Below, piece by piece: positions 41,740 to 54,460 of a stretch of 64,000 nucleotides of DNA. The DNA lies in assembly GCF_036321535.1 (NCBI RefSeq), contig NC_087438.1:7938001-8002000 (forward strand), given 5' to 3'. The notes under the pieces were generated by a model, which had not been told where the DNA came from, ran no database searches, and worked only from the letters and a program-made list of their open reading frames with translations. The position numbers and the translations under genes were made by a program. Origin of the DNA: Camelus dromedarius. Lineage: Eukaryota. Within the stretch, counting starts at the first letter, position 1. Each line of letters begins with the position of its first letter.

Positions 41740-42020
41740 TGGGCAAGTTCTTTGGAAGCAGTCAGAGTTGGTTCAAATCCTGCTCGACCACAAACTCTCC
41801 CTGCTGCCGTGGGCTCCTGCCTGTGTCTTGTTCGCTGCTGCATCTCCATCACTGGCACGCGAAGTGTTCTCTGAGTCAGTGTCCACGGAGCCCATCTGTT
41901 ACACTGAGATAACGATTCCTGCCTGGAAGGACTGTTGGGGTGATGAGACATAATACATACGAGCCCCTTCGAGCAATGTCGGGCACCCGGTGCAGGCCCT
42001 CAAGGAATGTCAGGTATTAT
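41740..42020 (+). mobile_element. MIR SINE
   Basis: Contains ggaagcagtcagagttggttcaaatcctgctc...cccatctgttacactgagataacgattcctgcc. Confidence 0.6.
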
Positions 42021-43118
42021 ATGCTGGACGAAGGAGAGAAGGTGAGAAAGAAGATCCATCTACAATTTTCTACAGAAGCCCAGCTCATAACTCTCATTTC
42101 TTACTGGGCTTCACTTTAGAAATGTTAATGGAACTGGAGAATATGCAAATGTAACCTTTTCTCCATTAAAACTTGTCACACAGACCAACAATATTGTGAC
42201 TAAATCCTCACTCTCCTAAGGACTATCTGAGTTGTTAAAATTACAAGGCACTTAGCACGGAGCTAAATAGCGAACAGTTTGAAATTTGTTACTATGTTAT
42301 GCTGGCACTGAAAACCAGAGAGTGGATGTACCGTCACAACATTTTCATCAAGTTTACTCCGGCACTGAGAAGAGCCCCAGGACAACCAGGGGCTTCAGGA
42401 ATTCAAACTGTGATTTTTCAGCAAAGCTTCGTGTCAGGGGGACAGAGCTCACTTTGATTGCAAACACAATAAACCCCATTCGTGGCTGTATGGACATCTC
42501 AGTCATTTATCGTCTTCTGAACTCTGACTAGAAGTTTTAAAGACCATAGTGGCTTGAACTTTTCCATCCAGAGCCATAAGGTGAGCTGTTTTGGTTTCTA
42601 TTTGGCCTTGTTGGGATGACAGGGTTAGACGGTGACAGACACTGATCACAAGAACAAGTTAGATGGAATTTTTTTTTTATTTTACAAAATGGAGATATTT
42701 TTATTCTTGTTGAACAATGAAAACTTATCCAATGATAAACATATGGAAGTAGTAATGTCTTAAGTCTCATCCCTGAATAGTCTGTCGCCAAAACAAAAAG
42801 CTGCCCTATAGGGTTAATCATGTTTAAAAAACATATCTTTGCTTTTATATAAACAGTAGCACTGGAATGATGACCGCCTAGAAAGCAAGCTTGCATGTTA
42901 TGGTTTTTAGAAAGAAATGGCTCTCTCCAGGCTTCACGTTTGAGAAAGGTAATGCAACGGAGCATTAACTCACTCAGCCACCGTTTCTTGACCTGTCTCG
43001 GAATGGAACAGCTGCACGGCTCCCTGTGGACACACTCAGTTCAAGGGCAGCTGGACACTGGGACCACCCAGTTCTTCCCTATTATCAGTGATCTGCTTCT
43101 TATCTAAAATCTGTGTGT

Positions 43119-43530
43119 ATATACATGTAAATCTATATTTTTAAATTGAAGTATAGTCGGTTACAATGTGTCAGTTTCCGGTGCACAGCGCATTGTCCCA
43201 GTCATGCATATACATATATACACATATACACACACACATACATACATACACATATTAATTTTCATATTCTTTTCATTAAAGGTTATTACAAGCTATTGAA
43301 TATAGTTCCCTGTGCTGTACAGAAGAAATCTGGCTTTTATCTATTTTTATATGTAGTGGTTAACATTTGCAAATCTCAAACTCCCAAATTTATCCCTTCT
43401 CACCCCTATTCCCCTAGTAACCATAAAATTGTTTACTAAGTCTGAGAATCTGTTTCTGTTTTGTAGATGAGTTCATTAGTGTCCTTTTCTTTTCCTTTGT
43501 CCCCCCACATTTGAGTGATATCATATGATA
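43119..43530 (-). mobile_element. 5'-truncated L1 3' end with probable TSD
   Basis: Contains ttgaagtatagtcggttacaatgtgtcag...aatatagttccctgtgctgtacag. TSD taaaatctgt(g/a)tg at ~43105 and 43531. Confidence 0.85.
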
Positions 43531-43880
43531 TAAAATCTGTATGAGTAATTACACCCTCTCTTTGCATGAAATATTGAAGCAAATCACACAGACACATCAT
43601 GTAGGATGACATGACGGAGCAGAAATGAAAAACCCAGCACAGAAAAGGAGAATTCAAATGTTATGAGCGCAAGGTCAACATAATTACTTCATTTGTTTCC
43701 AATGTGACGTTTTCTCTACAAACAGCCTGCTATCGGAGAGGAATTACTAGAGGAGAGAAGGAGCCGCTCCTGACAAGTGAAAGGACCGAGTCCCCCAATT
43801 CGTGCATGGGGACAACAGGAGGGAACAATCTGACTCTCTACATCTGTCTCAGTATTTGTGGCTGGTCTCTGGTTAGGATA

Positions 43881-44933
43881 TGGTGGTGAACTAAATAACG
43901 CCCCGAAGATGTCCAGGTCCTCATGCCTGGAACCCATGAACGTTACCTTATGTGGCAAAACGAACTTCACAGAGAATAAAAAGGTAACAGACCACTGATG
44001 TAAGATGCTGTGCTGCTGCTTCTGAGGACGGAGGAGGGGCCGTGAGCCAAGGAATGCAGGCCTGCAGCAGCAGAAGCTGGAAAGGGCAAGAAAAGGGCTT
44101 TCCCCCAGAACCTCTAGAAGCAGCACGGTCCTACTGAAACGGAGCAGGACCCTGTGGGGCCTTCCCAGGACAGACACGCCCCCTCGTGTCCTCCACCTGC
44201 CTCTTGTCAGTGGAAAACCCGTAGTCAAAGAATACGTTTAATCCGAGAAACAAGAAAGTACAGACACAAAGGGAAGTAGTCAAGCAAAATAATAATAGCT
44301 TTTTCTTTAAACAAAGTCGAGGACCTTTAGTTCCTCCTCCAGGGCTAGTTACAATATTCTGAGCCATGTCCTTCGAGCTGTTTTGTAGACACTGCAACCC
44401 CCACCAGGTGGAAGAAGTTAAACAACATGATGACCAGACCAAGGCCATGACCAAAGCTGCCACAATTCAGGGAACTGGCCTCAAGGATCTGGGAGGAAAC
44501 TGACCCTGGAGCTGAAGAAGAACTGTACTTAGAACAGCAAGATGACGCATGATCAATTCCAAGACGACCGTCAGGGCCGACTGTGCTGTTCTGCTCGTAG
44601 CCCCTCCCTCCACGTGCACGACCCTGAAACTCCCTGTCAGAAGCTCTTGCTCACTGACTGTCACTGGGGGCCCGGCCTCTGGGCACAAGTCCGCCCCCTG
44701 GACCCCACAGTAAAGCAAACTTTCCTTTCTACCAACACATGCCTCTCCTTGCACTGGCTTTCGAGCGGCAAGCAGCCAGACTCAAGTTTCAGTGACACCA
44801 CTGACACCTTGATTATGGCCCAGGACACCTGACTTCAGACTTCTGGCCTTCAGAACTGTAACAGAATAAACATGCATTGTTTAAGTCATCAACTTTGTGT
44901 GAATTTGTCCATCAGCCACAGGAAATGAATGCA
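43881..44933 (+). mobile_element. MLT1D-like LTR split by an ERV1 LTR
   Basis: MLT1 motifs resume across the insertion: agcacggtcctac[LTR]ccactgacaccttgatt...cagaactgtaacagaataaac. Confidence 0.8.
44135..44797 (+). mobile_element. ERV1-type solo LTR (663 bp)
   Basis: TGAAAC...GTGACA termini and TSD ctac/ccac. Shares blocks with 36273-36964 (ctttagttc..tc..agggctag, gtggaagaagttaa, aactgtactta). Confidence 0.85.
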
Positions 44934-45387
44934 GGTGCCCATCTGACTTCAGGATACGGTCCTTTTAAGTCCAGAAGAGACTACCCCATTGGGGTGATTT
45001 AAGGACATTCTATATCCTTAGAGGAGCTGTTTGGAGCATCTTAAGAGTGACCACCTCCAATTCATGTCTCTGGGAGCCCTCCCTGACTTCTGATTATCCG
45101 GTGGATGCCTCTGCTAATTTATTCTGACTTCCAAATCACCTCCTGTTTATCTGTTTGGAACTGCAGCTTCCCCTCAGCTTCAGCAGAGCCAGCGGCCATC
45201 ACTTCTCACCATATTCCCGCCAGCTGCCTGGCCGCCAGCTTCGCCGTAGGATTCAGCCATGAGCTACTCACTCCGCCAGTCAACGTTCACCGAGTGGCCA
45301 CTGCGTGTCAAGCCACTGGAGATGCAGTGTTGAATCCAGCGACAGTCCCTGTCCTTGGGGAACCATCTAGTGATGATTGGCAATTAA

Positions 45388-45586
45388 ATTTTTTGAACTT
45401 TTTTTTATTGAGTTATAGTCATTTTACAATGTTGTGTCAATTTCCAGTGTAGAGCACAATTTTTCAGTTACACATGAACATACATATATTCATTGTCACA
45501 TTTTGTTTCGCTGTGAGCGACCACAAGATCTTGCACACGCTTCCCTGTGCTACAAAGTATAATCTTCTTTATCTATTCTACATAAC
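45388..45586 (-). mobile_element. Short L1 3' end with TSD
   Basis: T-rich tail followed by attgagttatagtcattttacaatgttgtgtc...ttccctgtgctac. TSD tggcaattaa at 45378 and 45587. Confidence 0.8.
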
Positions 45587-45641
45587 TGGCAATTAATTAT
45601 TGAAAGAGCAAAATATATTATTTGCCAGAGAGTGGTAAGTG

Positions 45642-46075
45642 TGTATAGGGTTGAACAGTGTCCCCCACAAATGAAACTTGAGAATATAACCTTATGTGAA
45701 ATAGGTTCCTTGCAGATGTAATGAATGATCAAGATGGGATCTCATTGGATTAGGATGGGACCTACATCTGATGACAGTGTCCTCATAAGAGACACAGAAG
45801 GACACACACAGACAGAGAGAGAAAGGTGATGTAAAGGTGGAGGCAGAGATTGGAGTGAAGTGGCCACAAGCCAAGGGATGCCCAGGATTGCCTGCAACTG
45901 TGAGAGGAGGACGAAGGCGTGGCACGGTTTCTCCTTCAGAGTCCCTAGAAGGGACTGACCCTGCCAACACTGTGAGTTGGGACTTCTGATCTCCTGAACT
46001 CTTAAGAGTATTTCTGTTGTTTTAAGCCACCCAGTTGGTGATACTCTGTAAAGGAAGCCACTGAAAAGTGATACA
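45642..46075 (+). mobile_element. MLT1B/C-like MaLR LTR
   Basis: Contains gggttgaacagtgtcccc...ggaggcagagattggagtga..gccacaagccaagggatg...tatttctgttgttttaagccacccagt. Confidence 0.85.
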
Positions 46076-46079
46076 AATG

Positions 46080-46700
46080 TGGTGGGAAAAATAAAGCAGA
46101 GTAGACGTGGGCAACATGTGTGTATGTGTGTGTGCGGTGTGGGTGGGGTTTGTTCTTGCAAAGACAGTGGCTGTGGACGACCTCCCTGAGAGGCGACCTG
46201 GGGCAGAGACCTACAGGTGGTGCCGGGTGGAATGAGTGCCCCAGGAAGGGAGAAGACGGACAGGACTCCGAGGCAGGAGTGTGCCTGGAGAGTCAGAACA
46301 GAAGGGAGAGGGCCAGTGAAGGAGTGAGCCCTGGGGAGTTGCCGAGAGAGGCAACAGGCCCAGATCACATGGCCTTTGTCAGCCTTGGCAGGCCACTGGC
46401 TTCTGCTCTGATAGACACAGGAGCCACCTGAGTGTCATGATCTGGTTCACATTTCTAAAGGACCACTTTGTCAGTGGTTACATGGATGTACCCATCTGTC
46501 AACACTCAAACTGCAGGCCAAAACGGTGCACTCACTGTATAATAATTACACCTCGGTGAAGCCGGGTTTACCCAGGGCAGCCCTCTGGCTGCAGTGTTGA
46601 AAACAGACTCTAGGGGGCAGAATGGAGGCGGAGGATGGATCAGGTGGCTCCTGCAGGGATCCTGGTGAGGGGGATGGTGGCTCGGCAGAAGGTGCGGAGA
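46080..46700 (-). mobile_element. L2 fragments with a short embedded L1M fragment (~46470-46550)
   Basis: L2 antisense motifs ctccgaggcaggagtgtgcctgg and ccctctggctgcagtgttgaaaacagact. Confidence 0.5.
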
Positions 46701-49180
46701 AGTGGAGGGAGTCTGGGTGCTCTGCGAAGGCAGAGCCTTAGCGGTTCCCGATGGGCTGCATGTGGAGTGTGTGAGGGAAACAGACGCCCAGGGAACCCCT
46801 CCCACAAGCCCCCCGGACTCCCACTCGCTGCTCCCCGTTAACTGGCAACGCCCGACTCCACCTCTCAGCCCCAGCCCGCGGCCAGTGGGGTGGACTGGTC
46901 AGGCTAGGACCCCTTTTGGGGACTGGCATCTATTACTTCAGACTAAGAAGGGGCAATTTCAACTAGCAAGTTTTCTACTGGCTGCTTAAATGGAGAGAGA
47001 CAAAGAGTAAAATAATGAGAAAATGATTTCTGAACTCTTGTGGGTACTGGTGCCTTAAATAAATCTTAGCAGGGCGATGGGCTTTTTCTCAGAAATCAAT
47101 TTATTACGAGTTGAGAGCTGAAAATAATGTAAAATGATCAACCAAAATTTATGCTATTATTTATCATTTTTCATCACATGCATTTTAAGTACCAGTGATT
47201 TTCTGCTTCTGTTGAAGACTTCTAAAAGTCCACTCGATTACCAAGAATACTATCCATTTAACTGCAATACCTATTCAGTAACAATTAAGTTTAAAATACT
47301 ATTTATTTATTCATGAATGCAACTAGACTTTTTCAATAAAAATATGCTCCCCGAGGAAAAATTAATTTCATATAGAAGCATTTAGTTGCCTTGGAAATTC
47401 TAATAGGATGTGCTTAGTGATGATAGCATGGGAAAAAATGACAAATTAGTATCCATAAACTTATCCTTGTGAGCCATAATGACTTTATGGAAAATGTTTA
47501 TATTGTATGACTGTATACCCGTTTTCGAATTAACAATCCATGATGCTTGGGAAAATCACCTGGACCTCTGAACCTTCAGTGGCAACAAGAGGAAAGGGAT
47601 GTGATGACCGAGATCTGGGGTAGGAGCACATGATTCAAGTGTGTTTAGGCAAGTTTTTACCTTGTCAGTGTCAGAAGACAATCACGATTTTGCCTCAGGA
47701 TTAGACCAAGAATTTGAGGAAAAAGCCACAAAGGCCTTGACCATCTTTAAAGGGTTTTATTATACTATGTACACGTGTGTGTGGACTAAAGGTAGCTTAA
47801 TACTAAATAATATTAAATAATGGACTAGAAATATACTGTATATAAATCATAAATGAAGCACACATAAATTAGGTAACCGTATCATCTGACAATTCTCTGT
47901 AAAAAAAGTTAAAATAGTGCTTTTAATGATTCTGTTCATGAAAACGTCTCAACTTCTGACAGAAGTTATAATTATATTGAGAGATGTGTTCTAAATGCAA
48001 GCACACCATCTTTTAAGATTCCATGGGAGGCTCCATGTTTCTGAAAGTAAGAACCTATCCCATGGCACCTGCTGTGGTGCCTTTACAACGCAAGCTGTGA
48101 GCACACGTTTGAGGGCTGACTGCTAACCAGAGTCCAGTCTTGGCCATAGCAATGACTTTACCACATTGATTTTAGTCCTGCAAATATCTGAAGCATGCTT
48201 CACACATACAATTTCACCTCTGTCACCTTATTTTAGTTCTTCAAAGGATGACAACTCAGTTTATTGCAGATAACATTGAACAGAGATACTTCCTTTAAAT
48301 AAAACTTTAATAGGATTCTAACAAGATTTGGTCTAGAAGAGGTACGAAGTGAGAAAGTTGTTCCAAGATATTCTTTAAAATCAGGTAACAAATTATTTGA
48401 AAATGGCATCTATGCCTTGTCTCCTTCTAGAAGTATTTGATAGGGCTTTTAACGAATCAGGAAAAGTTCTAGGTCCTGGGGATATGAATATTGAATCCTG
48501 ACTACACATCACTTAGAGTTCAGTAGGGAAGACAGACTATGAATAAGTAATGATCATACGCTGAGTAAGAGACATTATTCATCAACGCAAAAGCTGCAGT
48601 TAAAGCCCCTCCAGGTGCCCTCTTTTCTTCTGGATGGTGCTGGATTCAAATCAATCTAAACAATGGCAGAAATAGTCATTACTAACATTAATAAATCACT
48701 ATACCACCATGAAAACTCATAATAATGGCTTATAATTTTCAGAACTACATATGCATTCTATTTGAATTTCTTTCCATTTCAGAATGGGAAGGGGCCTTAG
48801 CCAGCATTTTGTGTGCTCATGGTGGACAGTGGGAAATTCAGGTCAGACAGTTCAGTGACTGGACCCAAGTCACAAGTAAGTCCATGCGTAGAACCTGGTG
48901 GCCAGCTGTCAAGGTTTGAAGCTTACTCACAGCCAAGATAACCCATCCATCAGTCTGCTCTGCAGTGCACTCGGCCTCCAGTTCCAAACACTGGTTTCTG
49001 CCTCTGGACTGTAGTGATCAATAACATGGGAGCAGAATTATCTAGTAGAAAAAGCATACTTCCTTCTAAGAAGGAAGAGAACACTCATTCTCATGGCTCT
49101 GTGGATAACTTCCTGATGCACCTGGGCTCATGTGGTAAAAGGTGGTGGTATACAGGAAGAGTAAACTTCAAAAAGCAAGT

Positions 49181-49715
49181 TGTTAGCAGGCTGATGCCAT
49201 CCAGCCGAGACCACCAGGAGCACACACACCTGTGGCTGAACAAGACTGAGCGTATTGTTCCCAAGAAACAACCTACACCACGAGACTGTGGGGGCACTTA
49301 CAGGGTTTGGGCTTGGTGCTTTGGGCAGATTCAAGGGTGCAGAACTTTGCCCTGGATTGGCTGCTGTCAGGATGAGGGGGAAGTTCTGTGACTGAGTATC
49401 TTAAAGATTCTTATCCAGAAGGAGGAAAGAGCAGAGCAAGGCTCAAGCCATGACTGGTGAAGAAACAGCAGTCATTCAAATTAGGATAGAGGGCTGTTTT
49501 CATCAGTTTCAACATGGCACTGCTCATGTTTTGTCTGTGTTCAGACAGGACTACGGGGGGGCATTCTTGATTTTGTCTTGAACCTTGATTTTGTCTTGAA
49601 CCATCACTGTCAGAGTGGCCTCATGTGATGCTGATATTCTGTGAAATTGTTTATACACAGAAGAACACCAAGACTTCTCTGTGGATGCCTGGCCAGCTCT
49701 TCCTTTTCTTGGCCA
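49181..49715 (-). mobile_element. MER76-like ERVL LTR with an 18-bp tandem duplication at 49566-49601
   Basis: ctggattggctgctgtcagga...catgttttgtctgtgttcagaca...gttctgtgaaattgtttat-like blocks resemble the recalled MER76 consensus. Confidence 0.65.
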
Positions 49716-51586
49716 CAAGGCATGGGCTCCCCAGATCCAAGGGGGTCACAGAAAGGGAAGGGAAGGTGTCAATGACAAACGTTCCCTTTGACACTGGCTG
49801 GCTCTGCAGAGGTGTCATTCTGGGGGTTAAAATGCTGTTCTTAAGCCCTGTCAACATGATACCAAAACTACAAGAGAAAACACAAGGAAAGAAAAGAGGA
49901 AAAATCAGTTGCTCCGTCTCCATGAAGCTACACTCCAACTCTTTTTTCGTATCGTTGACTGGTTATTTTGAAATCTTATAGACAGCAAGTCTGACACCTG
50001 ACTGTAACTGCTGATGAATGACTTCAGGTAACACATCTCTTAGCATTTTGCAGTAGTTGGTATTGTTACCTCAAATGCATTAGAAACGGGAGGAAAGCTT
50101 TTGGGTGTTGTTGTTTATCTCTACGATACGGAAAAAAAGCCCTCCAAATCACCATTTATTTAGGTCTGTGGTTACTAGCGCCAATGTCAAAAACACACCT
50201 ATCTGGGCCTATTGTTTCACTTTTCCCTTAAAGGAATTCTAAAGAGGCTGTGGATATTCTGGGCAAATTCCTAATACGAGGGAAAAAAAGAACTATAATG
50301 TCCAAGGGGTCGTTCACAATTATTTCTCATAACTAGACATGAGGTGCCTAGGAATCCCATCCAGAGATATTTTCTTTGATCATATTTCCCAATATTTTTG
50401 CAACAAAACTGTTAATTTACCTCCATTTCTGGATGTTCCTAAATATAAAATATGGAGGATATATCCACCTTTCACTTTGAATAAAATAACCAACACTGGT
50501 TATTTATTAGTAGTTCCTGTGGATGATGGGTGAGAGGGGTAGGGACTGGCCAGCTGTACACCATCATACTGGAAGCTTCTGTATGTGTGTAACAGAATTC
50601 ATTAAACCTTCTTTTTTAAACAGCCATAGTGAAAAAAAAAAAAAAAAGAAGGTATCTCTTTCAGGATACAAGTGTTCATTACCTTTAATTCCTTTAGCTG
50701 CTACACATTGATGAATCTTAGACTAGGCTTTATTACCTCTGCGTCCACCTAACTCTCAGTAGAATGGCTGTGATCAATTTGAAAATTAATTGAAAAGTTT
50801 GCAGTGAGTTTAAAGATACTGTCTCTTACCGCTGCTATAGACTTTATAATTTAAAACGAGGTAGATATGTGGACAGGACTGATGGACTAGTTTTGAATAC
50901 AGGAAAAATGAGAAAGTGGCAGATGGAGTTTTCTTTATGCAACAAATAAAGACATACGATATTTCTTTTACCTTTTTCATTCATTAACTATTATGTTTTC
51001 TTAATTAACTATTTCTTTATTTACTAGAAAAGCATTATTTTAAATTTAGCAGTGAACTAAAGTCACAAGGAAATAAATAATTTGGATCTTGAAAAAAATA
51101 ATTTCATATTTAATTGTATAAACTTATTTTTTTTAAAACGAGTATTTTTTTCTTTGTGAGAAGTGACTGAACACAATAAATGGGCAGAGCTTGACTTTAT
51201 ATAATTTCAGAGGTTCAGACTTCCTGGGTCACAGGGCCCTTTGTGTCTATAAGTTTTTCACACGGTGCCCCTGGGCCAAAAGATGCCTGACTGTTCCATT
51301 TGTTAAGAAGTCAGGTCCAAACAACTTAAGAGTTGTCTCTGTCCTGACAAGCTAGCTCCTTCTGCACCACATACAACTTCTCAAACCTTGGCATCAGACG
51401 TTGCCCTCTCCAGTTCCTCTTATGTCAATGTTCACATGAAACTTGTTTTTGAGAGAAACCTCTGAAAATCCAGGTCTGCCAAGTTATGACATCATCTGGT
51501 GTGGCACAACTGAATTTTGAAACTGAACTAACTCAAGCTCATGCTTTACTTGGTGCCCGACAGACATTGTGTTTCCCTCAAAAACT

Positions 51587-52774
51587 TAAATTTCCCTCAA
51601 ATTATCCAGGACATTTTTCACAAAACTAGAACAAATAATTATAAAATTTATATTGAATGATAAAAGACCCAGAATTGCTAAAGCAATCTTGAGGAAAAAG
51701 AAGGAAGCTGGAGGCATAATCCTCCCAGACTTCAGACACCACCACAAAGTTACAGTAATCAAACAGTGTGGTATTGGCCCAAAAACAGACATATAAATCA
51801 ATGGAACAGAACAGAGAGCCCAGAAATAAATCCACTCACCTACAGTCAATTAATCTTCGACAAAGGAGGCGAAAATATACAATGGAGAAAAGACAGTCTC
51901 TTCAGCAAGTCGTGTTGGAAAGCTAGACAGCCACATGTAAATCAATGAAGTTAGAACACTCTCTCACACCATACAAAAAAATAAACTCCAAATGGCTTAA
52001 AGACTAAAATATAAGACATGACACCATAAAACTCTTAGAAGAGAACATAGGCAAACCAGTCTCTGACATAAACTGTAATAATGTTTTCTTAGGTGGGTCT
52101 CCCAAGACAAAAGAAATAAAAGCAAAAATAAACAAATGGGACCTAATCAAACGTAAAAGCTTTTGCACAGCAAAGGAAACCATAAACAAAAAGAAAAGAC
52201 AACCTACAGACCGGGAGAAAACATTTGCACATGATGTGAACAACAAGGACTTAATTTCCAAAATACACCAACAGCGCATACAACTCAATAACAAAAAGTA
52301 AAAAAAAAACAAAAACAAAAACAAACAGTCCAATCAAAAAATAGGCAGAAGACCTAAACAGTCATTTCTTCAAAGAAGACATACAGATGGCCAACAGGCA
52401 TATGAAAAAATGCTCAATATTGCTAATTATTAGGGAAATGCAAATCAAAACTACATGAGGTATCATCATCTCACAACAGTCAGAATGACCATCATCAAAA
52501 GTCTACAAATAATACATGCTGGAGAGGCTGTGGAGAAAAGGGAACCCTCCTACACTGTTGGTGGGAATGTAAACTGGTACAGCCACTGTGGAGGACAGTA
52601 TGGAGGTTCTTTAAAAACCTAAAAATAGAGTTACCGTATGATCCAGCAATCCCACTCCTGGGATTTTCATAGTTTCATACAGAAAAGATGAAAACTCTAA
52701 TTCGAAAAGATACATGCACCCCAATGTTCATAATAGCATTATTTCCATTGTGTATATATACATGTATATATATG

Positions 52775-52812
<38 letters not shown>

Positions 52813-53296
52813 CACACACACAATAGAATTTTACTCAGTCATAAAAAAGAATGAAATAATGCCATTTGTAGCAACTTGGATGGACTTGGAGATGATCATA
52901 CTAAGTGAAGTAAGTCACACAAAGACAACTATCATATGAGATCACTTATATGTGGAATCTAAAAAAAGTAATACAAATCAACTTATTTACAAAACAGAAA
53001 GAGACTTACCTAGAAAACAAACATGGTTACCAAAGGGGAAGGTGGAAGAGGGATAAATTAGGAGTTTCAGATTAGCAAATACACACTACTGTATATAAAA
53101 TAGATAAACAACAAGGACCTACTGTACAGCACAGGGAACTATGTCCAATATCTTGTAATAATCTATAATGAGAAAGAATATGAAAAAGAATATGTATGTA
53201 TAACTAAATCACTCTGCTGTACACCAGAAACTAATACAACATTGTAAGTCAATTATACCTCAATAAAAGCAAGTAACAAAAAACTAACAACAGTAC
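51587..53296 (+). mobile_element. 5'-truncated L1 (ORF2 3' part plus 3' UTR, ~1.7 kb, disrupted), apparently inserted in an old hAT-type element (~51205-53376)
   Basis: ORF2 peptides [31 protein letters not shown] and KDTCTPMFI, with stops and frameshifts. Internal (CA)n at ~52775-52820 and a decayed A-tail. The downstream flank ends in gtttgggaacagcag, resembling a hAT terminal inverted repeat. Confidence 0.9.
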
Positions 53297-54234
53297 AAAA
53301 CTCTTTGATTCTGAGGAGTCCCTCTGAGATTGCTCTGTGGCCCTGGGGCTCCTTGGAACAGTTTGGGAACAGCAGTAAATGCATGGCCCTTCCGTGAGCT
53401 GTAACGTAAACCTAATTAAAGAATTTTAGCATAATGAACAAATACTGAGGGGAAGGGGTGATCATGAACATAAGAATAGGAAGTTTATATTGCAAGTTTA
53501 AATTTAGAATTTCAATTAAGAGACGCGGTAGGTAAGTTCAATGAACATAAACACTTATCATTTGGGAAAATACTGGTACTCATTTGTAACAATTCTTCCT
53601 TTTATGAGTATTTACAAAGTTATTATTTTATAGCCTTTAAAGACCTGAATCATAGCATTCCTTACTGATTCTTCATGTATTTAAAAGGTGCTTGCAACAG
53701 AATTTGCGGGAGATACCAACATTCAGAATTGCCTTTTCTCTTTTTCTCCTCTTTTTCTCTCTTGTTTTTTTCAAACCTAGCAAGACTATATGCAGTAAAT
53801 GGACTCACAACGCTCACAAAAACATTCCACTGTAGTGGCAGTGGCTTTACTGAAAACATTCATTATATCTGGCGTGCTCTTCACTGTTTTCATCCCTGCA
53901 CTTGATTTTCAGGGACCTCCTTCATACCCACTTCCTGCCTTTTCTCCAGGGTCTTTGTTGGACGCTGTGCACAATAAGGAATCACGTAAGGGACATGAGA
54001 GCCACGGGAAGCAAATGGGGTCAGTGATGTGAAAACTGCTCTCGGGTGAATGGAACAGGCACTCTCTCCCAATCTGACTGCGCTGCACTGATCAGAAATT
54101 GCATGAAGATAATGCTTTATCCACCACCTCCAGAGACAATGATAGATTTAATAACCACAGAGACTATCTCCTTACACAACATGACTTTATAATAAGCACT
54201 GGCATGACTTCCTTTCGCACAAATAGAAGTCAAG

Positions 54235-54460
54235 GGAGTAAGAGCTGACGTTTACTGAGCACCTCTCGCATGCTCGGATCTGCTCGGGACACCTCACCCT
54301 CTCTATGCTCACTGCATTCGTACCAGGGCGGTGCCATTAATAGCCTCATTTTACAGAGGATTTGAGCAATTTGCCTGAAGTCCCACAGACAGTCAAGTGA
54401 TGGGGCTGGAATAAAATTCAGGTAGAGTCCGTTCAGAGCCCACACTCTTAACCAGGATGC
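54235..54460 (-). mobile_element. MIR SINE
   Basis: Contains gtttactgagcacct...cctcattttacagagga..aatttgcctgaagtcccacag..ggggctggaataaaattcagg. Confidence 0.7.

Noticed and set aside
45742..46368. 208-aa ORF
   Set aside because: It spans an MLT1 LTR and an L2 fragment, with no protein similarity recognised.
51587..53296. Active L1 or functional ORF2
   Set aside because: It is 5'-truncated, with stops, frameshifts and an internal microsatellite.
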